A program made the translations under genes and the position numbers. This document shows, in pieces, positions 26,748 to 40,400 of a DNA stretch of 64,000 bases (position 1 is the stretch's first letter; each line of letters opens with the position of its first letter). Origin of the DNA: Convolutriloba macropyga (taxonomy: Eukaryota). Where the stretch lies: NCBI RefSeq assembly GCF_964194025.1, contig NC_134481.1:23808001-23872000 (forward strand). The letters are read 5' to 3'. The notes beneath the pieces are model-generated. The model ran no database searches. It was not told the DNA's origin and saw only the letters and a list, made by a program, of their open reading frames with translations.

Positions 26748-27358
26748 AATAGCTGCCCTCATCTTACCAGGCTATTATTGCGCTCCTATTTTTTTTACAG
26801 TTCAAAGATGGTTTTGGAAGTCAAAAGAGAACTGATTTTGGTCTTGCGATGGTCATTGAATTCTGCCAAGACTTTTCCTGAATTTTTTTTACTTCGTTGA
26901 ATAAAAATTTGTTTCGCTTTACCTTATTTTGCCGCTTTTTCGTTATTTTGCATCAAATCTTTTGAGTTTTCTAGACTAGTTTCGCTCACTCTGCTCAAAG
27001 TGCTTTTAAACAGCATGTGCTCAGCAAAGCAATCTAAAACGAACGGATTCATAAACGGAATCAAAAATGGAAGCTGGATGGACCCATAAAGCCCAATTTT
27101 AGATGCGCGCCACTTAAACATTGTTCTTAAACTTATAAGCCTTAACTACTCTAATGCTTATTGGTGTTGATACTAACCTCTGTATCCTCTCATTAAGGAT
27201 CAGGAGTATGTCTAACTGCCAAATGAAATATGAAATGAAAGAGTTTGCTCTTCAAAAATGTTTTTGTACTAAAATCAGTTTTCATTTTCTGTTATTTCAA
27301 TCCCAATCGGGGATATGGGAATCAACGGTGGCTTTTTTCCGACAATCTGCTGGTTATG
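26748..27358 (+). mobile_element. Diverged family D element with a minimal A-like insert of about 85 bp
   Basis: AATAGCTGCCCTCATC start and degenerate 3' hairpin. Insert 26797-26882 retains A-like ends. Confidence 0.7.
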
Positions 27359-28496
27359 TTTTCATTGACATTGCAGACACAATCTGCAGCTGGAGGGTTT
27401 GGTTTCAACGGTAGTATGGGTTTTAAATTAAAAGAAAATCTTTTTGTTAAAACCAGAACTGTTTTGTTATTCCTCCTTTGGAAGCATATTTTTAATGGTG
27501 AGCTCCTGATAATGTCTGTACTATTTTGAACTCTACTTGTTAAAAAGTGTCAATTAAATTTTCTTCAATTCGAGAAAATTTTCGAAGTGTTCTGATTTCA
27601 GTTTTGGTTAGTTACCAATCTTCCTGGTTTTCGTTCCCTTTGTATGCATTTTTGCTCTAGTATTCGACCAATTGTAGAAATTGATTCGCCGATGTGTTGT
27701 TTTGTCGCCGCAATTACTGACCTCCGTTTCTTCTGTGCATGCAAAGTAAAGACTGTGATGTATACCTTACAGCCTGAGTCCCCAAAGGACGGCTAAAGCG
27801 ATTGAAGATTGGCGTGAGAGAAGTTTTTGGGATGTTGAAATTGAAATAACGTTCCTCTAACGATGCTACTTTCGAAGTAACGAATAATTGATTCACTTTA
27901 GCTAATAATTGATTCACTTTAACTAATAATTGATTCACTTTAACATCTGTCTTGCTGTTAGTAAATTAGCAAATGTACGTGGAATCGTTCTGCTTTTCTT
28001 AGCTTTTCTAATTAGCTTCCACGATTTGTTGCGACAGAATTTTGCGTTGTCAAAACTTGAATGAGCTTATAAGAGTTCCATACTTGCACTTTTTTTGAGG
28101 CATTTTACTAATTTGTAATCTATTTTAGATATTTATGTGCGCGCTCTGCTGATTCCGATTATTATTTTTATTATTACTTTGTGACAAAAGTTAATTTGCT
28201 TTCAATATTTTGCATTGTTGTCCCAATTGAGTGAGTCAGTCACTAGTTCTGGAATTTAGTTGTCTAAATTAATCCTGAGCTTACCCCGCTGTTTATCTAC
28301 AATTGTTGAATAGCCCCCAAAATTATTCCTGACAGTAAAGTTATCGTTTGTTATAAGCGGTTGCCTTTTGAAGTATTTGTTATTTGATTCTTTGTTATTT
28401 GGGACTAATTCGTCTGCTGTGACCAGAGCGAGCGCCTTTATCGTCAAGTTTATAGTTTCAAGTAGTCAAGTGATATTTTTCACCTCCGCTTGAATA

Positions 28497-31400
28497 ATGC
28501 CGAGAAAACATCAACAGAGTGAGATCAACTTCAGAGAAACGAAGAAGAAGTCACAAAGTAAGTACCGCTCAAGAGATCTCAATATTGGAATAAATGCGAG
28601 ATATCAAATATTGGGATGAAAATATTCACTCATTTTCCAGGACCTGAATCCAAATCTGGATCATACCATTTTATTAAATGAAATCGCATTTCATTTTATC
28701 TGTGCTTGATTTCTTTCGACATCTGTGCAATATATCGAATTCAAAAAGTACGAACCAAAATATTGAGTCAGTTGAGTTTATGCAAAGATCTTTGAGTTCT
28801 ACCATTTTTGGACAGCTCCAAAAATTTGATCTCGTGAAATTTAAACTGAAAAAGCTTTGTACTCGTTGATTTTAACGTTTAGGCAGACAGAAAAGCAGTG
28901 CACAATTAGTTTGATGTCTGCCCGCCTAAGATTATCAATAGCCGCCGTCAGCCTCTCACACGGCTATTATTTAGGCGCTCTCCTTTTTGATTACAATTCA
29001 AAGAATTTGAATTGTATTGGGGCGCTGTCTTAAGATCTGTTCACACACTTTCATGATTTTTGAAGTCAAATTGGAGTAGTGATTTTGGTCACTCCGAAAC
29101 AGGTTTGTTCACGTGCGGCAAGTTCACTTTGGTTTTTACTCTTTTTGTGATTTATTAGATCGGATTTTTTTCTTAATGGTTATCCTAATCCAGTCATAGT
29201 TCATTCTAGGCCTAGTTTTTTTATCATCCAAATTTTCCTTTCTCGCTAGTGGTTTTTTGTTCATGCATTGAATTACGCAATGTGGTGAATAATGTCATAG
29301 TTATAATATCAGAATCAAATGAGGCGGGATGCAGCCCGGTCATTAAGTCATTGAGAATTAGGTTATCAAAATTCATTAGAGTTTTTGCTAGCTGATATCG
29401 GTATTAAGCTTATTACTTTCAGATTAGATGCTGAATTAAGTATAGTTTTAGAATCTAACCGAAACTGCACTCCAAATAGGAGCAGTTTTTGACACTAAAA
29501 GAAACAAATAAAATGCAGTCAATTTGTCTCCTCTTTTTTTTTTCTTTTTCTGTTTCAATCTTGATGTGCGTCAACGGCGGCTATTTTCTGCAATCTGGCG
29601 GCTATTTTAATATTTTGCTAAGAATTGATTTCGAATTTTATTTGCATATTTGCAAGAGTCAGTTAAGAGAAATGCAATAATCTTTTTAAATTTTTTTCCT
29701 AAACTTTATACGCTGCAATAACTTTCAGGTGATTCTTTATTATCCGACAATTCTTTCCAGGTTTCCGTAGTGCCAAGCCGACCATTGACAAAGAGAATGA
29801 TAATCAAGTGAAACTGGATTACGGACATAGTGTGGGACATAGTGTGGACGACATGTCTCTGCCGACTCCAATCCGACGTTCTTCAAGAAGGAACCCAACA
29901 GTCAACAGACGCATTGGATCTCCGAAAGCACTTGCTGTTGTATCTGAAAAAGAGAATCCATCAGGTGATTCAGATGAAAGCGATATTCAGATCATTGACG
30001 AGGCACCTTTGAAGACTCCCAGGTCTAAGCGAAAAGTATCGTCTGGGAAATTAAACAAAAAGGTTGTCAGTGGCTTTTTAGAAAATGACGAGAACAAAGA
30101 GAACGTCATAGATCTAACGGAAACCGACGAGGACGTTGTGAATACTGAATCAAAGTCAAGGACACAAAAGCTTCCTGTATTCACAATAAAGTCAAGCTTG
30201 AAATGCAGAAATGTAAAAGCTCCGATACAGTCAAAACAAGACGACGCGGTTTTAGGAACCAAGACGAGCAGCGTTTTCAACTTAGTCGAAAATGGTGTTG
30301 AAGAACGAAATAGAATATACTCGAACACGAACCGCGTAGAAAACTTGCCTGTTTTGCCTCTAACACCCCCAGATGAACCGGTTCCGGTCACTGCTTCTGT
30401 CAAGTTTGCTTCACCACTGAAAATCACCAGTGGTGAAAATGGACACAAGCCACCAATAGTTCAAGTAACCCCTCAGAACCAGAAGTCATTAAGAAGATCG
30501 ATCGTGGAATCGAACAGCCTGACATGCTCTGCTGTTGGTAGGAAACGAAGGATTCTCTTTCCCGGATGTTAGTGTTCAAATTTTTATCGTGACCGTACTG
30601 TTAGATACTTGCATTATCAGACATTTCATGGACGTTCTCATTTACTTGCACATTTTGAGTAACCCTCCCTAAAATTGCGCGGTGTACTGGATACTAGAAT
30701 GGCACGAAAAGTGAAAAATTTAACACTGCGCGTTGTTTGATCATCAGCATGTTAGTTTGAAATGTGCAACTTAAGCATATTTCGCAAGAATCTAAGACAC
30801 GATTGTATATCAGTCCATTAGCGTAAGACTCAGGTTGCAATATTTTCTAACTTCGTGTGCCCGTCTGTGAGCCAATTCTACACATTATCATGAAATGGAA
30901 TTGCTAATTAAGATCAAATATGTTATATTTGCTCATAAGTCCGTTAACTTACATTTAACTCAGGAAAATTCATGCTTCTGAATTTTTTGAATTAATTGTT
31001 TTCCACGTGTCAAAAGTTAGTTGGGATGCCTTTGTGTCCTCTAATCTGTGAAATTTTGTAAACTAACATTTTGAAACACGTGACTGTTTAGACGAGTACT
31101 ACCAAGAGATGAAAAGCGCTTTTTGTCCTAAGCAACAAGTCCTCTCTGACGACTACACCAATTTGGACAACAATATGCTTGCATTCGATGGAAAGGCCTC
31201 AGGCAAAAGAACCATCGAAGCCAAAGAAATCATTCCAGGTCGAGAGGAAGAAATTGACAGATTGCAATCTTTAGTGAACCAAGTTGTTTTGGAAAGACAA
31301 AATGCAAGTTTGTATATTTCTGGACCTCCTGGAACAGGAAAAAGCGCTTGTGTCACTGCAGTGTTGCAAGAGTTGCTCTCGAAACGTGGTAAAGACGTCG

Positions 31401-34400
31401 CAGTTGTTAAGATAGTCAACTGCGTAAGGTGCAGAACTCAACAGAGCATTCTAGAAGTCTTAGGATGTGATGCCGATGGAGTGTTCGCTGACAAGAAAAT
31501 GGGGTCAAGTAAAGGTCAACGACCTTTTATAGTTGTTTTGGACGAAGTGGACCAGGTGGAAGCAAACCACCACTCATTCATTTACAAAATGTTCGAGTGG
31601 GTTCACGAATGGAATTCTAGAACTTTCCTATTAATAGCAATTGCTAATGCACTGGATTTGACCGAGAGAGTTTTGCCAAGACTTGCGCTGTCATCTGTGA
31701 AACCACAGTTAATGCATTACAAGCCATACAGTGGGCCTCAAATTGTGAAAATTATCCAAGACAGAATTAGTAAGGTAAGTTTTAAATTTTGGCTCAGATT
31801 GATAGCCGAGGCTAAACGGATACTAAAATTGTGTAGTTTGTTTTCCAGATACTGCGTAAATCCATTTGATAATTATTCTCATTGGTGACTCAATTTTAAT
31901 TTTGAAGGCGTATTACGTAATTTTGAAGGCGTATTACGTACTGTATCTTTACTGAAGTTTGTTCCGACTCCATTGAGTGGGAGGAGATCAGCTAAATCCT
32001 CAAAGGGTTTTTAAAAACATGTATATTCAGTATATAACCAAATAGCTCAAACGTAATTGTAGCACAATAAAACAAATTATATTTAATTCATTTCAATTTA
32101 ATTCTGCTGTTATTTTGGAATTCATGAAAAAAGGCTTTAAAATCGGGTGTAGAATACTTTCGTTAGGGGGTTCGCAGGTTCTCTATTTTGAGGACTTATT
32201 GAGTTTCGAAGTTTTGGATGATAACTAATTCAATCCACTTTTGATGTCCTTTTTTGGTCAGTTTAAGTTTTTTTGGCGAATTATGTTGAAACTGTATACC
32301 GCTACCATATCCTGAATAGTCCTTAATAGTTGCTGGAATATCTGACCTGACGCTATGTTTTTGGGCTACATTTTAGAGAATATTCCCAAAATTGAGATAA
32401 TCGTGCGCTATATTTTGTCCAGTATTGCATAAAAACATTAAAACTTACCAACGAAATTAGGGTTGTAGGTTCCCACGTTGCTTGTTAATAGCCGCGAAGC
32501 GATAGCGGCTAATATTGGAGACATCGTGGTTTTTACGACTCGAAGAGGAGTATTGAGATTCTACAGGTTTTTACGACTCGAAGAAGAGTATTGAGATTCT
32601 ACAGGTTTTTTTAGCAGAAAGCATGTTTGTTCATGACTTGAATTTTGACTTTTTTCTGTTCGAGCATTTACCTCCGTTTGTGATTGTTGACTTCTGTTTT
32701 CGAACATTGGACTTTAACAGTATCGTTTGTAATGTATAGTAATTAGGAACTGCCGGTAATGTTCAAGGTGAAGAGGTCATTTTGAGATTTTTTTGTTCCG
32801 ATTTTTTTGTCCCGGATCTTCCAACGACAAAAAGCCAAACTACATAGAATCTTCACAGGCAGAGTTCTTTAGCAGTCTAAATTCTACGAGGATTGTAATC
32901 TTTACGAATATTCACGTGTTGATTTGATCGTAGCAATGAGATTGAATTTGACTCTGCTTTATAATAGCTAGTTCGCGTTATTAGTATTGAAAGAGCTTGA
33001 CCTATCGAAAGAGATCAAATTTAGGTCAACAATGGAATGGGATTGTCAAGTGGTATCCCTGGTGTCTCTAACTCTACTTCCCAGCCATTATTGGATCGGG
33101 GTGCGATTGAACTATGCGCGAGAAAGGTGGCATCCTCCACTGGTGATGCGAGGAAGGCTCTCGAACTGTGTCGAAAGGCTATCGAGACAGTACAGAGAGA
33201 GGCTATGAACCAGTACAACGCAATTCAGGCATTAGGTTAGTGTCTAAAACGCTATTCATGTTTCATTTCGACTTCAATGATTTTTTTTGCGTGTATAAGT
33301 ACAATTTTTGCATTTACTAGTAAGAGGAAGGAGTAGCAACTGCATAAAACATTTACTTTTAAAAGGGTTGCACCATAAATATCTCTTATGCATGGTCTTA
33401 CTGTACATGGGGAGCGGGATGAAAGATGAAAGAAAACGGTTCCTCTTGGGTTTCTGAAATTGATTTTGTTCCTTACCAGTACTGCCAATGGAAGCAAATG
33501 AGAATACTATTAAATATTAATAATGATGAATTAACCAAGCATTTTGGGCGGTACAAAAAGCGTGAACTTGCTTATTTACCGTCCACCTTCGTGCTTTTTA
33601 TTTCATTGATTTATAAAAAAAAATATTATTTAGCATTGAGGAAATTAAACTATTATTATTCCTCAAACTTGAACCGTACTTGTATTAAACAAATTCCAAT
33701 TCACTCTAGTATACTTTGTAAATAAAATTTAGTCCTGATTCACTGACGAGAAATCGTTTGACAGTCTTAAACTCGAATTTTTTCGTCTTGTCCATCTTTG
33801 GTCATGATCTTTTTTAGTTTTCAATTCGATTGATTGAGCTTAATTTAATTGAGCTTTCAATTAGATTGATTTCTAACATTGTTAATGAAGTTAAGATAGC
33901 AATTTGAACTGGGTGATGAAACTGACGTTAATGCTCGAAATTATCAAGACCCGAAAGCCTTTCTTAGAACCAATGCTTTTCAGATACCCCACCCCATAGT
34001 CCTAGACTAGACCAGGAGAACAGACATCCATCGGGAATTCAAGGAAACTCCACTCCAGGAAATGTGACTTCCAGGGTGACGATCTCTGTTATGAACAAAG
34101 TCATTTCGGACTCCTTGACGTCCTGGGCCAGTTCTAAGTCTAATTCTCTCGGATCAATGACGAGCTCCGTGAATAGTGGGATTGGGGGATATTCGATTAA
34201 CAACAGCGGAAGTAGTCAGGACTCTTGTCCCTTGCATCATAAAGTTATCATCACCTCACTGGCCAGGCTCACAAAACAATCTTCGGCTGCCTATTTCAAT
34301 ATGCACCAGGTTTGCTGACTTCCTCTAACTAACTGAGTAAAAACTAAATGAGTAAAAAGTTACCAGATGTCACGTTGCAAACGGTAATTAAATCATTTCA

Positions 34401-37400
34401 CAACGGGTCGATGTTTTTGTCGTTTTCCGCTACCTTTAGTTTCGCCCAAAACGTTAAACTGTTAAGTCATTATTAGGAGAGCTCAAAAATAAGAATTTTA
34501 AGAATCAACATTTCAGAGACGTTAAATTTGAACATGTGTAAGTTGCACATGTTTAAATACACAAAATTGTGAATATATGCAACCTGCTTCACATGAGCAA
34601 CCTCATATTTCTAAGAGTTCAATGAAAACTAAGCACAAACTATCGTTTTGGCATTTATATTTAAATAACCGATAACTTAAATTTATAAAAGATTCCTGAA
34701 TCTGCAGGGCCGTGCAAAGTAAGTGTTTTTTAAAATTATTTCGGTATATCCAATTATGGGGAAAATACGGAGTTTGTCAAGTGCCTTGTCTGACTCAAAT
34801 TCCTTTTGTCCTTGTTCAAATGAGCTATCACAACAAAAAACAGTATAAATCGGTCAAGTAAAACAAATTCGCGAACAAACAAAAAAATCCGCAGCTTTAT
34901 CTATGAATTTTTAGACGTTTCTTTTTCAGTACAGATGTTCAAAAATTTCTCATTTTTGTTACTGAGATAATCAATCTTAGCAATGAGGTTAGTTATAACG
35001 AAAGGTGTAAATGTGGGACAATGAAAAAAAGTATGTAAACATGTTTTTGTTCTGTTATGAAACTAAGGTTTAACTCATTCAATATATTTTATTGAATTTC
35101 TTATGAGATTACTTTTGGGCTATTGTTAACTTTATTTTTTCTGATTTCTTTAAATCTGTATTCTTAAGCACAGGAAACTATTGCCTTCATAAAAACACGC
35201 GACTCATTTCTCGTTTCGTCATATAGCGCTGCTTCTGGCAGCAAAAACAAAAGGCAAGAAAGTTACTAAAAGCCGCCTCAGCTTCTCAGCGGGCTATTAT
35301 AGCGCTGCTAATTTCTTTTACTTCGTCGAACAAAAAAATGTTTCGCGTTACCTCATTTTACCTCATTTTGTATCTTTTTGACTTCTCTTGGCTAGTTTCT
35401 CTCTTCTCTCATTCTGCTGAAAGTGATTTTGAACATCAGTTGCTCAGCAAAGCAATTCAAAATGAACAGAGTCATTATAAAAAAAATTGAAGTCAGAAAT
35501 AGAAACGGGATAAACCCATAAAGCCCAATTTTAGATGCCCGCTATTTGAACGTCGTTCCTATAAGTCTTATTTACCATCTCTAATGCTTATTGGTATTGA
35601 TAGTAGCCCCTGTAGCCTCTCTCCAAGAAACATAAGTATGTTCAACTACGAAATGCCATCAAAATAAATCGGACTTAAAAAATGTTTTTGTACAAAAATC
35701 TTTTCAATATCTTCTATTCTTTCAATCCCAATCATGCTTATTAGAATCAACGGCGGCTATTTTCCGGCAATCTGCCGGGTATGTTTTTTTAATGCCTTGA
35801 ATAAAAAAATTTTTCGCTTTACCTTAGTTCACAGCTTTTTCAACATTTTGCTTGAAATCTTTTTGACTTCTCTAGGCTAGTTTTACTCTTCTCTCTAAAA
35901 GAGTTTTTAGAGAGCAGTTGCTCAGCAAATCAATTCAAAATGAACAGAGTCAGTATCAGAAAAAAACGAAATCACAAAAAGAGAAGCGGGATAAACCCAG
36001 AGCCCAGTTTTAGATGCTCGTTACTCGAACTTGGTTCTTATAAGTCTTAGTTACCATTTCTAATGTTTATTGGTATTGATACTGGCTCCTGTATCGCCAC
36101 ACTATGAAACAGGAGAATGTTCAACTACTAAGTGACATCAAAATAGTTCGCACTTTAAAATTGTTTTTCAAAATTTATTTTTCATTATTTCTTCTTTCAA
36201 TCCCAATCGTGGTTATGGGAATCAACGGCGGCTATTTTCGACAATCTGCCGGGTATGTGTAAAGTTTGATGTTTTTGTAGTACATTTCAACAATTTTGCA
36301 GATTCATGCTGTTATCTTTTCAAAGATTTTCGCCTGAGTATTTTCCATCAATTTGGTGCCCCGCTTTCAACGACTTTCACTGAGTTGAGCGAGTGGCTCT
36401 TAACTCAGTTTTCATCAGACTTGTCGAAAAATCATGGTCAGAATATAGATGTTTGTTGGGACGAGGAAAAATTTATTACCATGAATTAAAAACTTAAAAG
36501 ATAAAAGGAACTAGTTTTTTTTCTTCGTTTTAAAGTTTCTCTCGAGTCTTTTCTTTCTTTTATGTCTACTTTTCTGATGACTCTCTCCAATTTGTGCGAA
36601 CAAGTCAGTATTAATTTGCAAATTTCTTCAGATAACTTTCCTGTATTTGGAAAAAGAGTGGTTTTCGATTTTTTTCGGATGCATCGCTTCCTGACCGAAG
36701 TTTTTCATCCAAAATTCAGTTAACAAGATTCTGAATCCAAAAAATCAGTGATACCTTAAGAAATTGAAGCACTTGTGAGCTCATTGATGAAGTTGAAAAA
36801 ATTAAACTGGTTTTCAAGTCTTTCCCTGCATTTCAATGATTTCCCCTTGCAACATTAATGCATTGTCCTTTAATTGAAATACTCGATCTCAAATGGGAAA
36901 AATTAAACTTGTTTATAATACTTTGTTCATGAGTCAGACCTCTCACAGAAAATGACACAGACGAAAGATTTACAGGAAAGTTTTTCACTTTGTTGTACGC
37001 TTTTTTTCAAGTGAAGTATTTTCGTAGTTTTTTTCCTCTTGGCTGAATGCTTTGGTTGTTAGTAGGTTGTTGTTCTTCGTGTAGTTTTTTTGTACTGAGA
37101 CTTCAAAGTTTCTTTTGATATCAATTTTAAGTTCGGACGGCTGCACCGTTTTGACTAATTTTGTCAAAAAAGTTTTAATTATTCCATAATCATTTTATTC
37201 AAAGCTGAGTGTTCCATTGAGAATTTCGAGAATCTGGAGCTCATTAACAAAAATAACTGCTTTTCAAGTGTTATTTCAAGTGCTTTTTGACAGTTATCAT
37301 AATTTTTCAAAATTTTTTGCTTCCATTCACGTTTTGAAGCATTCTTGATTTCAGTTTTGAAGCATTCTATGTTTCAATTAAAGCACACGTTGGAAAACCA

Positions 37401-40400
37401 GAGAAATATGTATTATAATTACTCCGAAATCAGGATCCTCCGAAATTAACTGATTTAACTGTCTGGAAGTCAGAAGTCAACTGTATGGATAAACCATTTT
37501 TTTGTTTCGTTTTATTCGCTTCTTTTTGAACAAGTCTTTTTCGACCCTTTTTCTCTGAAGCTGTTACCTTACTGGGTATTCTTTCACGTCATTGAAATCT
37601 CGCAGTTATTGGGTATCCTATCATACGACGATCAGAAAATCTTTTGTTATTTTGTATTTATCGGTTATTTTTCGTTTTTTTAAGACATCCAAAAAAGAAA
37701 TAAAATTCTTATTGGGTATTCTGCTTGCTTCATCACCGGTGAGATCATTCACATCTTATCTCTACTCACATTTTTAAATAATTTTCAGGTCAGAAACGAA
37801 AATAAAAATGCTTTAGATTTTTTTAAAAAGTCAACTATAGCAAATACGCGTTGTCATCATGTTTTCAAAAAAAAGTTCTCGAGAAAAGCAACAAAGCAGA
37901 ACTAATTGCGAGGCTTTTGGAGACTTATGAAAAAATGCAAGAAAAAGACAATCTCATAACAAAGCTTGAAAAATATCTTGTTAACTCTGAAATGAAAAAA
38001 TCAACTGTCGGACATCATAAAGAAACTATTGATCGCATGGAAAGAGGTATCGAATTTTTCAAAACAAAAACTTCGAAAGTTATTGATAATTTACTTGAGA
38101 GACAGGAGACGTCAAAAAGCAACATTTGTGTTGATCCTCCACTGAAAATTTATCAACCAAAATTCATTCGCCGATTTGCCAAGCAATTAGTTATATCTGA
38201 TAGTACTTTTCGCAAAGGAAATCAGCATGACTGCAATCCACTCATATTCAACTGCAACAATAGGAGATATTTCTAATATGGTTAATTGCTATTCCCCTGG
38301 AGCCAAAACGGAAACATTAATTGTACATGTCGGTCATAATTCAATTGACAAAGGTGTTTCTGAACAGGAGGCAGCGACTCAACTCAAAGAAACAGTCGAC
38401 AAGTGTATGCTAAAACTCAAACATCGTCGTGTTGCTACATGCAAAATTGGTCCGTTAAAAGGTGGTTGCTATGGTAAACTCAAGTAAATAAGAAACATGA
38501 AAATTTAGTAAATGTACTGATTTGCAGAGAATGCTGATTTTTTTATTATTCATTGCGGCTGTTCGTAGCGTTTCACTTTTTCTTAACAGAAGTTTTTTTG
38601 CTTCTTAGTGGTGACATAGAAAAAAATCCTGAACCCTTTGATGTTTCAAAATTTTCTATTTTGGATGTTGCTTTATTTGGCGCTCAAAATGGCCTCAAAT
38701 TTCTGCTTTTCAACGCTCGCAGCAAACAAAATATGTATCAAGTTATATCAAATTTGCTTCAGCAGCTGGACTCGGAAACTATTGTTATAGTAACTGAAAC
38801 TTGGATGAGCGAAGAACAAAACTTGAATATAAGCCTCCGCGCTGAGAACAATTATAAGCTTAAAAATCGGTCACATAAACAGGAGCAGCTAAGGGTGGGG
38901 ATGGGAGGCTTTGGGTTCCGAAGAAAATAAATTGTAAACGCAGAAGAGAATTTGAGTTTGCTGATCCAATAATTTTTGAAACGTTGTGGCTGGAACTAGG
39001 CAATCCCTTAGTGGAAAAATGTCTCGTTAACATCTATTGAACACATCAAAGCCTGGGTGATTTCTTTTTAGACGAATTAAGTGCCAAGGTTTCTAAGGCA
39101 ATCTCAACTATTGATAATGTTCTTTTATTTGGTGATGATAACCTTGATATGTTGAGCATAAATGGACAGAAAAGCGTTCTATTTTTTGCGGCGGAACTAG
39201 TATTACAATTATCTAACACTGATATTCCTACAAGCATAAGCAACAATAAATGAAGTTTGATAGATCACTTTTTCGGCTAATGAGCAAATCACTAGTTGGA
39301 AAATCTGCTTACTTCCTTTCGATATTGAACATTTAATTTTTATTCAGAGCAAACTTTTTTGATGGAAAAAGAAAACTATTTTATTAGACGAAATACAGAA
39401 AGTTTTGTCGATGAAAAAGTAGAGATCTAGTAGAGATCTGGCTCTGGCACATTGGAGAATAGTTTATCAACAAAGAAACTGCCATGAAATGTTTGACCGA
39501 ATTTTTAAGAATTTTTTTGAGAACACTCGGGAAAACCGCACAAACAGAGAAGAAATTAATTTCCAATATCGAAAAGACTGCTTCAGATAAACCTTGGGTG
39601 ACAAAAGAAATTAAACAGTTATTTGCTGAGAAACATTGTTTTTTTCAATGACTACAAAATTAACACAAAGTGCTGAATCATTTGTTTAAAAAGTATCGCA
39701 ATCTTGTAAATCTAAAGTTAAAAGAAGCACTAAATCTTTTTCAGAGGATTATCTTAAGAAAATTGAAACCTCAAAAGAGAATTGGAAATTCATTAACAAA
39801 AAAATTGGACAGAAATAACAGTCCAAACATCACTGAAATTGATGAAAATGGTCAAAAAAGGAAAGGCAAAAGTCAATCTCTAACGCTTTCAACAGAGGTT
39901 TTAGCAAAATGGGCATCAACAGAGGGCAGATTGTTCCATTGGATGTCGAGAAATTAGAGTGGAATTTTCAGGAATTTAACTTAACACATTTTAGTTTGAG
40001 GGAAATCTATTAGAGTTATTGGCACTTAAGACAACATTAAAGCACCAGTGCTGGGATATCTCAATGCTTGGGCATTGAAATCCTGAAAATGCTGTTGGAA
40101 CACATCTTCAGATTATATTTGACGTATTCAAGAGAATTTTCCAATAATTGTTAAGGATGCACACATCACACTATTTTTCAAAAAAGGGGATGTTCTGTTT
40201 CAACTAATTACGGTCCAAATTTCGGTAATTTCTGCGAATGTTTTTGAAAGACTTTTACTTTATCTATAAAGTCGTCTATTGATGCTGTGCTTTACTTATC
40301 TGGACTAATAATAGGAAATATGGAAGATAACAACGACACAGGTTATCTGTTCTTAGATCTTGCAAAAGCTTTCAATTCAATTTCACATGAGATCTTTCTC

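Noticed and set aside
27883-27942. 21 bp x3 repeat; also (AAAC)n at 24495, a 21 bp duplication near 31898 and a 20 bp repeat near 60322
   Set aside because: Ordinary slippage repeats.
29987-31419. Antisense ORFs over CDC6 exons (likewise those over FAH and CCDC47)
   Set aside because: Shadow frames of real exons with no independent features.
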